Source: the human T2T-CHM13v2.0 reference genome, Homo sapiens | Reading direction: 5' to 3' (one strand) | Length of the DNA stretch: 64,000 bases | Assembly: GCF_009914755.1 (NCBI RefSeq) | Contig: NC_060944.1 | Shown here: positions 1 to 11,500 of the stretch, in pieces | Numbering within the stretch: position 1 is the stretch's first letter | How the letters are laid out: every line of letters starts with the position of its first letter | Position numbers and translations under genes: made by a program | The notes under the pieces: model-generated | Told to the model about the DNA's origin: nothing | The model's database searches: none | Seen by the model: the letters and a program-made list of their open reading frames with translations, nothing else

Positions 1-1269
1 ATGGCTCCTGGTCACTGAAAGTGTTAAGATATTTTTAACCAGAGTAAAATATAAAATAACTGGAGTAGGTACTTTTTTTCCTATGTGAGCAAAATGAGAA
101 AGGTTCCAAGCTTTGTGTAGGAGCTGGCTGATTGCATAGTCACTGTCAGCCCCCCAAGTAGACCTACCTCCTTCTGCAGCTGGGTTTCATTACCTCTGAG
201 GGCAAGCTGAGTTAGCAACTTCATAGTGGCAGATTGCTAACCCCTCTTTCTTTAGAGTAAATAACATATTTGGCAAATAAAGGGTAACCTATATTTTCCT
301 CAGAAGATCCTTTTTCCTCCTGAAAACATTTTAAGTGGTAATCATCTTCCTATCCAGCTAGGTTTAAAAAGGAAAAGGAAGACTCCACACCACTGCCTGT
401 CCATGGGGAAGCCATTAAGGCGAAGCATTGACTTCAGCCACTCTGGCTGGAGCAAACACCTTGCTCTTCTATAGAAAAGAGAGAAGCTATTTGTAGAGGA
501 TCAAAGCAGATCAAAGCAATGCATCCTCATCAGGGCAAACATGAGCTGAGGGATCTCTCCGAGAGATTTTAACCGGGTCCTGGGTCACCCAAGCCTCACA
601 TTATGAAATGAAAGAAGCCTTCTGAATAGAAACACCAGCTCATAAAGCCCCATCAAAGACAGAAAAGACACAAAATACTGAACACATTTTCCTCACATTC
701 CTCCTAGTTTTTTCTCTTAGATGATTTGTTAGGTGGCTAAGACCTGAAGGGCTGGCTGGCTCCATACCTGCAGGTCCGTTGGATCTTGAGCAGTTCTCTG
801 CTTATTCTGAGTAAGCTATCAAAAGATAATGAGGAGGCTGGCAGTAGCTGCTGTGCAGGACATGGTCTGCAGAAAGGGGATCTGTCCTTGGGTAACCCCA
901 CATGGGTTCTGAAAAATTCCATAAGGAAAAAAGAGATGAAGTTCAACCAATGAGATTTTTCTTTTTTTTTTTTTTTGCATCACAGTTACCTTTGCCTTTC
1001 TTGTTATCTTTAGGTGAGGAGGGGAATATTGCACAATTTTGGTTAAATAATTATTTACAAATAATCCAATTATTCGCATTAGGACATTCCTGTTGAATCA
1101 ATGGAAACACAGAGGGAGTCTGTAAAAGTGTTGATTTTACACTGGGATTTTCAGCTACAAAGCATGATTTTAACACAACAATTTTAACTATGTTCATTGA
1201 TTGCCTCAAATCACAGCTCTGAACTCAACATGCAGTCTTTTAGTGTGTCTAAGTCTTTATGCATGGTTA

Positions 1270-1700
1270 GTTTTCCATTTTTTTCTTTTGTGTACAATGT
1301 ATTACAAAGACAGCATAAAATATAAAGGAAGAAATGTTTTTTAAGCAAAAAATATGACATCACAGTAAGTGTCAATTATTTTTATATTGTTATGCTCTCT
1401 CTGGTCCTTATGTATATTACATATGGATCCTAGTTATTTTAGAGATGTATTTGTAGAATGCAGGATAATCTGATTGTCCAGGGTTTTATAGTCTGCTATT
1501 CTGAGTTAACTTTGTGTCATAAACACCTTCTCCCATTTATAATGGTTATTTGTAATTGGTCTGTTACATAATCTAATAGGATGTGCTGTACCATAATTTC
1601 CTAAATCTTCTTTTATTATTGAATTTTTGGGTCATTTTGTCTTCACACTATTATAGATAATGATGTAACAACAGACTCTCTTTACATTTTAATAAAGACC
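1270..1700 (-). mobile_element. Ancient L1 (L1ME-like) 3' fragment
   Basis: T-rich, degenerate similarity to antisense L1M 3' region (e.g. 'gtaccataattt...ttattgaatttttgggtcattt...ctattatagataatgatg'); boundaries approximate. Confidence 0.5.
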
Positions 1701-2904
1701 CAAACTATCATTTGGCTCCTTAATAGGTTACTAAAGATACCACTAGCTGTGTGGTTGTTTGCTAGTGTCCTTTCTACATGATTATAATACCATTAGCCTG
1801 TTGCATTAAAGGCATATGCTTTCTATGGAGTGGCTTTCAGGGAAAGCAGAATTGAAACACTGTACCAGTAGTGCCTCTCAGATCTGAAAATGAAGTTCAT
1901 TAAAAAAAGCAATTTAAGAAAGTTCAAAAAGACCTTGATTAACGAGAACATTTGAGTGGAGAATATTCAATGTAATTGAATTTCCTGATATTTGTTACTG
2001 CTGTTATTATTAGGTTATTTTTAGATTGAAATTACACGTTGAAAAACAATTTTCATGATATAATGTTTTATGTCATGTACCTTCAGATTAGTTAAAAAAA
2101 TAACAACCCGTTTCTTCTTTATCCTGGTTCCCAAAAACATATGTGAAATATTTGTCTCTTTGTGCCATGGAAGTGCCATAAATTCTCTCTCAGAAAGATT
2201 TCAGCCCACTGAAATTCCATCTCTTTGGAAAAGTGCCTCGTGGACTTACCTGGTGTCATTCTGAACACTGTGATGGTATAACATTGTCCATGCAATTGGA
2301 GTAGAGTGGCTGCAGTATGGTGAAATTTAAGAATTATCTACAGAACCTAAGGCACCCCTTTGCAGGTATAACTATTTTAACAAAATTCCAGATCTGGGTA
2401 TTTGGATCTGCCTGTTTGCTCTTTCGTATTAAAGTAGATTGCCACGAAAATTCCAGTCAACTGAGGACTTCAGCACTTAAGATCCACAGAACTCCAGAAT
2501 TTGTAGAGACTGTGATGATCTTGTAGGTGATAAACTCAAAGTCCAGAAGCGTTGTGAGTTTTCTTCAAGGATTGGGACTTGACTCAAAACCCTAGAGTTA
2601 TGTTTTATTATCCAGCTCTCTTTTTCCTACCTCAGGGTTATATTTAAAGTTTTGTTGTACATACTTTTGGGTCTTTCTTTGAAACACCAGGAGCAGTTGA
2701 TGGAGTATCACTCAAAACACCCACAGACCTGACTCTTGGTTTTGCTGTCAACTCACTTAGCAAGACTGCATTACACAATAAAGCAAGGACATTTGGTTTA
2801 GTGACATTCTTTCATTCATTTGCTAACCTTTCATTGTATACCTACATTTTATTAGGTATTGGATATGTGCTAGATGCTCAGAACACAGAGACAAAAGAAG
2901 CAAT

Positions 2905-3010
2905 AGTGAGGCAGTCTGGCATGGTAGTCAGACCTCAGGGCTTGAATCCTAGCTCTGCCGTTTATTAGCCATAAACTTGGAAAAATTACTCGACCTCTCT
3001 ACCTATGTCA
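2905..3010 (+). mobile_element. MIR fragment
   Basis: 'gaggcagtctggcatggtag...cttgaatcctagctctgccgtttattagc' resembles the MIR core. Confidence 0.6.
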
Positions 3011-3212
3011 AGTAAAAGAAGAAAGGCCAGAAGTCCCTTTTATTCTTCTCCAGTGCTCTATACTCCTCATCTTATGTATTGAGAAATATCTGAGTCCATG
3101 AGTCTCTAGAGGAGGTAGATTCAAGTCTGCCCCATCTCACTTTAAGAACATGGTAATGCTTGGATATCTTTGATAATAAGAATAGGGGGTGGGATGGTTG
3201 TGGACCATCCCA

Positions 3213-3280
3213 CCCTCTCCTGTGTAGCATTGGCCCCTCTCCTGTGTAGCATTGAGTCCCTCTCCTGTGTAGCATTGGCC
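3213..3280. repeat. Three tandem copies of a ~22-23 bp unit (core CCCTCTCCTGTGTAGCATTG)
   Basis: Identical 20-bp core starting at 3213, 3235 and 3258, read directly. Confidence 0.95.
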
Positions 3281-3435
3281 GCAAAGGGGAGAATTACTTA
3301 CGGTGCCAATGAGGCCATTCCTGCAGGTCATTTCCTATCTACCAAGAGCTCTACAGGCCTGTTGGACTTAATTGTTGTCTCACTTGAATCTAACCCAGAG
3401 ACAATGCCTCTTAAAGGACGCTGGGCTGTTGATAG

Positions 3436-4241
3436 TGAAACAGGAAAAGTTCCCTTGCCCCCTTCACAGGGCCTGCGATGGGGGGTGTGGCTCACCTCTT
3501 TGGTGCCCCGCTGCTCAAACCCCTAGAGGGAGCAGGCAGACAGGCAGGTTGTGGGGCTCTGATCCCAAGGCAGTGTCTAGGGTTGAATGCTTACAGCTCC
3601 TGAGGTCCCAGTGGGAGTGTGTTATAGTGTGTTCTTTCAGTTTAGCCATCTGTAGGTGACTTGTGTTAGCTCAATTAGACTCCCTGCCTTATCTCAAGGA
3701 CAGAGGCTTTCTGTATGCCCGGGTTTCTTGCCTTAGTGTACCAGAAGAATCGGATCATATGTGGGCTTGGAGAATGAGTGCAAGGCTTTATTGAGTGGAA
3801 GTAGCTCCCAGAAGATGAGCGAGCAAGAAGGGAGTGGGAAGGTGGTTTTCCCCTGGAGTCTGGTTGCTCAGCAGCTGGAGCTCTCTTCTGACCACCCCTG
3901 CCAAACTCCGCATCGTTCTGCCTGTCGATGGCCTTCCACATGCCGGTGCCTGTTGGTGTGCTCTCGATGTCCTTTTGACGTCCAGCTGCTTGTGTCTTCT
4001 TCCGTCTATGTGTTCCTCTCAATGTCCAGCTGCTTATGTTTCTGCCCGCTAGGGTCTCAGGGTTTTTATAGGCATAGGATGGGGGCATGGTGGGCCAGGG
4101 TGGTTTTGGGAAATGCACCATTTGGGCAGGAAAACAAATGTCTGTCCTCATCTAGGTCCATGGGCACAGGCCCGGGGGTGGAGCTCTAGCCAGGGACTCG
4201 CTCTTCCCTTCCCAGTACTTCCCTGCTCCCCTTCCAAATGA
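3436..4241 (-). mobile_element. ERV1 solo LTR (LTR1/LTR27/LTR28-like)
   Basis: Begins TGAAACAGGAAAAGTTCCC; minus-strand TATAAAAA at 4063-4070 and AATAAA at 3787-3792; imperfect 4-bp flanks atag/ttag; family from recalled consensus. Confidence 0.8.
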
Positions 4242-5579
4242 TTAGGATTCCGTCACAGCTCTTATCCACTAGAGTAGCTAGAAGGGGGATGTATTCTTAG
4301 TTTTCTGTGATTATTCTCAATGTAGGTAGAGCAGTCAAGTAATTTTTTAGCTTTTTTAAATTTAGGGAGCATAGAAAGAATTTCATAGTCATTAGAGAAC
4401 TTTTATAATTTTCTCTTTTATAAATTTGAGAAAAACCTGCCTCACCGTTTACTGTGCAGAGCTGCCCAGTAGGGTGAAGTTCAAAGCTCTCAGAAGGAGT
4501 ACGGGGGCCTCTTGGAATTAGAAGAACTCCTGCTTCTTCAAATTCCAAATTGGATCACCTGTCAAGGTGAACCACAGTGACTGGCCAAAACTGTGGACAA
4601 GGACATGTTACAGAGACTCAGAAATAAAGGCCAGTGCAAGAAGGACAGATGGGTTGAACCTAGCATTGACCCAAAAGTGATGTGGGGTCGGGGAGTCATT
4701 CTGGGCTCTAAAAGTGGCACATGCAGTGCCCTGGGGAGCAAGATTTGAAATTCCAAGGTTATGTAATGCTATAATTTTATAACCGTGTGTGTGTGTGAGT
4801 GTGTAACAGAAAAGTTCTGTTTCAGGAGTTTCTGCCACAGCCCATATTAAGATATAACTAGCAACTTTCCTCATGAGGAAACCAAAAATAGCCATGAAGA
4901 TCGCAGAGTGTAATCTTTGGCAAGGCCTTTCTTTGGGAGGACACCTTGCTCCCCAGATCTTGAGCAGTGGCTTCTGCATGCATTTATCTCATCACCAAGG
5001 CTCAAAACTTAGAAGCCATCTTGCATACTCCATTTTTCTTACCTCACCTTTCAGTTACCATTCCTTCAGTGATTCTTTATGTTCCTTTGCCAGGGTCCTG
5101 CTGCCCTCTCACCAGGCCCATTCTACTTACCCCCAGCTTCTCTTCTCTTCACACCACACTTGCTCCTAATATTTGCTGTAACTTACTCAAATCCAGATAT
5201 AATATCTTGCTAAGGAATCTGTGGTGAATCTTGACTGCCTAAAGAAGAAACTCTAAACTCCTTTGTCTAACATTTTGTTCCCATTTACTTCTCTAAACTC
5301 ATAGCCTGCTACTTCCCAATACTTCCTCTACCGTGCTCACAGGCTGCCTAAACTTCTACTAGGTTTTCCTGATTTTTTCCTGTAGTTCTCTCCTACTGGG
5401 GTCACCATCTTTCCCCTTAATTTGCCTTTTGAAATCCCATCTTCAATATTCTGTTTTCCCCCAAAAGACTCTCTTTGATCTGCATCTCCCCTCTGATTTG
5501 TAATTAATCTCTCCCCACTTCATATTCTCATTCTAAGTTGCTTGAACATTCTCTCCTATGACTAGTTGGCTGCAAGAGC

Positions 5580-5740
5580 CAAGAACCCAGAAAAGAAGTC
5601 TATACTAGGAATATCTTTGAGAGTTGTTAGCCTATAGGTGGTGTTTATGTCATGGGATTGGATGAGATTATTTAGAAGAAAGTATAGCTAGACAACAGAA
5701 GTGGGCCAGGAGAAACAAATAGCATTTAGAAGCCCAGGGA
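5580..5740 (+). mobile_element. L2 fragment
   Basis: 'atgggattggatgagatt...gtatagctagacaacagaag' resembles the L2 ORF2 3' region. Confidence 0.55.
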
Positions 5741-6314
5741 TGTGGATCTGACTGTCATCTTTTTATGGTGATATAAATCCAGCACAGATTCAGCATCAAT
5801 AAGTAACCAGTGAATTGAATTAAAAATGGTGCCAGTGTTCCCTGAAACTGATGTTATAAATGTTTGGATTTTCCTCTATTGGGGACAAGGTATCAATTAT
5901 ACGCTTTTCTGGAGTGCTAATTCATAAGCCATGTTGTTCCCACCTACCACTGTCCTAAGGAAAAATGGGTTATTGATACATTCATGAATTCACTCACAAA
6001 CATTCAAAGATCCCTTCTTTTTTAAACATGTACTGGTGATAAAATACCTAATATAAATTGAACTGATGAGATGCTTACATGAGTGTGAAAAAGGCACACA
6101 TGGAAATAGTCCAAAATTTATAATACAATGCAATAAATGCTACCACTGGGGCAAGAATGAGCCAGATTGTCTCTCATCCAGTTACCTAGAGGAGAGAGAG
6201 ATAAGCAGTTTGGGTTTTCTCTGAAAATTAGTGTGGAAACACTATTATCCAACAGACTAGTGAAAAAAATACACCTCAAATCCTGATGTTCAGTCTTCCT
6301 TCAGGTGCTGAGAG

Positions 6315-6452
6315 ACATCATGGTGTAGTGATAAAAAGGCTGAGCACTAATCAGAGAGATCTGAGTTTAATACCTGGTCTTGTCACTTACGTGTACCTGT
6401 GTGAGTTAGTAAACCTTCTCAAAACTCAGCTGTCATATGGGGATAATAATAC
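6315..6452 (+). mobile_element. MIR
   Basis: 'catggtgtagtg...ctgagtttaatacctggtcttgtcacttac...atggggataataatac' follows the MIR pattern. Confidence 0.65.
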
Positions 6453-6768
6453 TTTCTCCTTTTGGTCTAAGATGGAGATAAATTGCAGTATAAGAGCATA
6501 TCTCTTAATTTTGTCATTGTTGTGTTGTTATTGCTATTCTTTTTACTTCTCGTGTAGCAAGAAGAGTGGAAAATGAATTACAGACCTTCTTAACTTCCAA
6601 GGATGTAGTTTTGTCTACAAATGGAAAATTACCTAACATCTGAGAAAGTGAAAAGAAAAAGAGCTTTTAACTCTCTCTAGTGGATTGAGGAGTAAAGAGT
6701 CTTCTTCCTTATATGTAAGCACACCCAATGCCAACTAATAGAAAGTTTTATTATATCTATATGTGAAG

Positions 6769-6869
6769 TTAAATGAGTCACCTCAGGAAGCAATGGGTGA
6801 AATGAATGATGGTGAGGCTGGCAATCTGTTTCTGTATATCTCTTCCTATTTTTCTATTAAATGAGTCAC
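6769..6869. promoter_or_regulatory. Candidate enhancer motif cluster: two AP-1 sites (TGAGTCA 6774-6780, 6862-6868) and an ETS core (CAGGAAG 6784-6790)
   Basis: Motifs read directly in non-repeat sequence; function untested. Confidence 0.35.
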
Positions 6870-7214
6870 AGAAAGGAAATATGAAACTGACTCCTCAAAG
6901 ACCAGCCTGTTAAATAAAAAACCTAACCCAAAGCTTAATAACAGAGAAAAAAGTCCCTCGTATTACTCTCCCAAATGGGAGCTCGATGACATAGTTGGGG
7001 CTAATGTTCATTGTCTTTGAAAGCAAGAAAAATTGAACTACAACCTCTCCTTATTCTCAGATAATGAAGAATGAAATTGAGGTTGAAAAGGAAGTCAGTT
7101 GACTTTCTGAAGTCAGTTGACTAAATAAATGTGATGGTGCTGTGCAGACTCAAATGCCAGAGACCAGCATCCTACCAGATTCATGATTTTGATGATTTTG
7201 ATTATTTATCACTA

Positions 7215-7770
7215 GGTAAGAATTAATCCCCAGTCTTGATGGCTTAAAACAATGAACTATTGTGTCTCCTGATTTCCTACATCAGGCATTCAGGAAGAGT
7301 TTGGCTGGGTCTCTGTTCCATGTGGCATCGAGTGAAGTCTTTTGCTAGTATTCATCTAGCAGAAGGGCTAGTGTGGAGGGTCTGAGACGGCTTCACTCAT
7401 GACTCATGTATCTCGCACCTTGGAAAGCTGAGATCACCTGGGACCCTAGAATGGAGAACCTACATGTGACATCTCCAAAAAAGTGACCTCAGGCTAGTCA
7501 TATTTCTCCCATGGTGGTCCAGGGCTCCCAGAGTGAGCACTCTAACAGGAGATAAATTGCAGTATAAGAGCATATCTTATACTCTTATAAACCCTGGATA
7601 AAAGATGCAGGGTTTCTTATGACCTAGCTCATAAGTCCTAGGACATCAATTTCACCACACTCTATTGGTCAAGCAAATCATAAGAGCAGCCCAGATTCAA
7701 AGAGAGGGAAATGAGACTTGACCTATTAATGGCCAGAGTAGCAAAGAACTTGTGATTATCTTTATTCTCT
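7215..7770 (-). mobile_element. MaLR LTR (MLT1 family)
   Basis: 'ggcttaaaacaatgaactatt...gacctagctcataagtc...ctattggtcaagcaaatcataagagcagcccagattcaaagagaggg' typical of MLT1. Confidence 0.75.
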
Positions 7771-7994
7771 TATACAGACTTACACCTGGGTTATAAATAC
7801 TAGTGACACTTCAGACTAAGGTGTCATGTAATATACTATTGTTTAGCTCTGGATAAACACATTTCTGTGTACTCTCATGTCCTATGGCTTAATCTTATAG
7901 TAACCATATAATAATCATTAAAAGAATTATTCTCTTGACTTAATTGAAGAACACCTGAGAGTTTTTTTCTGGCCACAATATTTTTCTCAGATCA

Positions 7995-8130
7995 CTCAAA
8001 GGTCAGGCTGGAAAAGCTAGGTACCAATGCTTGCCGAAGGGGCTCTCAGCTAATTATGGATAGGAGGTGGGGAATAAATGCCCCACTTACTTGCTCCTAA
8101 GGTAGGACAGCTCTAAAATCATACCACGTC
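7995..8130 (+). mobile_element. ERVL LTR16-like fragment
   Basis: 'ggaggtggggaataaatgccccacttacttgctcctaaggtaggacagctct' resembles LTR16. Confidence 0.45.
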
Positions 8131-8204
8131 TCTTTAGGATGCAATTGGACCATTCATAATTTAAAGGGTCATTGACCTGATGTTGAATAAAGTGAGCCTT
8201 GCTT

Positions 8205-8305
8205 TTTTTCAAGGGATTTGTTCAAGGTCACATGGCGAGTAGGTGTAGCAATGGGTCAAGACTGGAACTCTGGGTCTTCTGACTCCTGGGTCACTGTTCT
8301 TGCCT
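8205..8305 (-). mobile_element. MIR fragment
   Basis: 'caaggtcacatggcgagtagg...tcttctgactcctgg'. Confidence 0.6.
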
Positions 8306-8574
8306 CTGCAGGTGCTGTAGGGTATTGAGCTGGTTGCCTTAGCTTTTACTCTTGCCTGTGTGCACACCAGTATGACTGGATGACACAATCAAGATGCGTT
8401 AATGTACACCCAACACACTCATACATACTTGACGCCAATAAGTAACCTGCCTTGGTCAGTTCACTGATCAAGGCTAGAGAATATCCTAGAAACCATGAAA
8501 TGAAAGATTGTCCATCTCACATGATTCATGGTTTTTTTTGTTTGTTTCCTTTTTAAACTGGATGACTTATCTAG

Positions 8575-11500
8575 ACACACCTCTGGGTGCTTGGATTCTC
8601 GCTCGGCACTGGTGTTTGTGCCTGCCATGTGGGACGTGTAGGCAGGCCTGCACAGTCTGGTCCAGCCCCTCCCATCTTGCCCCAAGCCCATCTAGGGCTA
8701 AGGCAAGGGAGAGCTTCTCCCAGTAAATAAGGATCAAGTATATGCCCAGCAGCAATGGCCGCATCCAGCTCTTACCCAGGAACGCCATCTACTGGCTGGT
8801 AAGCTGAACTGCACAGCCTGATATAAAACCTGCCAAAAGAAATCCACGGGGCTATAGAAGCAGAAAAAAAGACCCTATCCAGCATTCTCTACAGTCACAG
8901 CCCCTGGTCGGGGGTGGGGGGTTAAAGTAAAGGGAAATAAAAAAAAATATAGGAAATAAAAGAAAAAGTCCTACCTGTGCCAAAATAATTACAAAAATTA
9001 GAATACCAGCATCTCCAGATGAGAAGGAACCAGCTCAAGAATTCTAGCACCATGAAAAATCTGAATGAAATGGCACCACCAAAGGATGCCACTAGCCCTC
9101 CAACAACGGTCCCTAACCAAAGTGGAAACTTAGAGATGACAGGTAAAGAATTCAAAGCATGAATTGCAAGGAAGCTCCATGAGATCTATGACAATGTTGA
9201 AAATCAACACAAAGAAACCTCTAAAATCCAGGAAATGGAGGAAGAGATAAACACCTTAAAAAGAAATCAGCCAGAGCTTCTGAAATTAAAAAGCTCACTT
9301 AAAGAATTTCAAGATACAATTAGAAGCTTTATGAATACACTAGCAGAAGAAAGAATTTATCGATAAACAAGCAGAAGAAAGAATTTCTGAGCTTGAAGAG
9401 CAGTCTTTCAACTGAGTCAGACAAAAATGGAAAAAAAAGAATTTTTAAAAACGAAGTCTTTGAGAAATATGGGATTATGTAAAGTGACCAAACCTATGAA
9501 TTGTCTCTGAGAGAGAAGGAGAAAAAGTAAACAACCTAGAAAACATATTTGAAAGAATAATACAAGAAAATTTCCTTAATCTTGCTATAGAGAGATAAAA
9601 ATCTAGATACAAGAAATCCATAGAACACCTGTGAGATACCATACAAAGTGAACATTACCAAAGCATATAGTTACCAGACTGTCCGAGGTCAATGCTAAAG
9701 AAAAAATCTTGAATGTAGCTAGAGAAAAAGGGCAGATAAAACACAATGGGAACTGCATTAGGCTAACAATGAACTTCTCAGCAGAAACCTTACAAGCAAG
9801 GAGAGATTGAGGGCCTATTGTCAGTATTCTTAAAGAAAAAAATTCCAACCAAGAATTTCATATCGCACTAAACTAAGCTTCATATGTGAAGGAGAAATAA
9901 AATCTTCTGCAGGCAATCAAGTGCTAAGGGAATTTGTTACCACTGGATCAGCCTTATAAGAGATCCTTAAGTGATTTCTAAACATGGAAACAAAAGAATG
10001 ATATGTGCTATCACAAAAACACACTTAAGTATATAACTCACAGACCCTACAAAGCAACCATACAATAGAAACCATAAAGCAACCATCTAACAATTTCATG
10101 TTAGGATAAAAAAAATCATATATCAGTATTAAACTTGAAGTAAATGGTTTAAATGCCCCACTTAAAAGGCACAGAGAGGCAAGTTGGATAAAAAACAAGA
10201 TCCATCTGTTTGCTGTGTTCAAGAGACATATCTCACATGTAATGACACCAATAGGCTCAAAGTAAAGGGCTGGAGAAAGATCTATCATGCAAATGGAAAA
10301 CGAACAAGAGCAGACATTGTTATTCTTATTTCAGATGAAACAGCAATTAAACTAACAACAGTAAAAAAGGACAAAAGGTATTATTACACAAAGATAAAGA
10401 GTTCAATTCGGCAAACTTAACTATCCTAAATACACACACACACCCAACATTGGAGCACCCAGATTCATAAAACAAGTACTTCCAGACTTGTGAAAAGACT
10501 TAGAAAGCCACACAATAATAATGGGAGACTTCAACACCCCACTGGCAGTGTTAGATCTTTGATGTAGAAAACTAATAATAAAATTCTGGACTTAAATTCA
10601 ACACCTGAATAATTGAACCTAATAGATATTGACAGAATACTCCACTCCTCAACCACAGAATACACATGCTTCTCACATGCACATGGAACATATTCCAAGA
10701 TTGACCGTAAAGCAAGTCCCAGTAAATTAAAAAAAAATAGAAATTATACTGACCATACTCTCAGACCACAGTGGAATAAAAATAAAAGTCAATAACAGGA
10801 AAATCAAAACCACACAATTACATGGAAATTAAACAACTTGCTTCTGAATGACTTTTGGTAAATAACAAAATTAATGCAAAAATAAAAAATATCTTTAAAA
10901 TAAATGAAAACAGAGACACAGCATGCCAAAACCTCTGGGATGCAGCAAAAGTATTGTTAAGAGGAAAGTTTATAGTGCTAAACGTCTACCTCAAAAACTT
11001 AGAAAGATCTCAAATTAATGGTCTTACATTATACCTAGATGAACTAGAAAAACAAGAACAAACTAATCCCAATCCTAGCAGAAAAAAATAAATAACTAAA
11101 ACTAAAGCTGAATTGAGTGAAATTGAGACCCAAACATCCATACAAAGAATCACCAAAATCCAAAGTTGGTTTTGAAAGGATAAACAAGATCAATAGATCT
11201 CTAGCTGGATTAACAAAAAAAGGAGAGAAGATCCAAATAAGCATAATCAGAAATGAAGAAATAACAAAGGTGACATTGCAGCCAATCCTACAGAAATATA
11301 ATAAAAATCAGAGACTATTATGAACACCTTTATGCACACAAAATAGAAAATTTAGAGGAAATGAATCAATTCCTGGAATCACACAATGTCCCAATATTGA
11401 ATTAGGAAGAAATTGAAACCTTGAACAGACCAATATTGAGTTCCAAAATGGAATCAGTAGTAAAAAAAAAACTACTAGCCAAAAAAAACTCCCTACTGGA

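Noticed and set aside
3213-3280. CRISPR-like array
   Set aside because: Spacers are only 2-3 nt, context is eukaryotic, no cas genes; a simple tandem repeat
6452-6491. Resemblance to the U2 snRNA 5' end (ctttctccttttggtctaagat...gcagtat)
   Set aside because: Short and needs several indels; not enough to call a pseudogene
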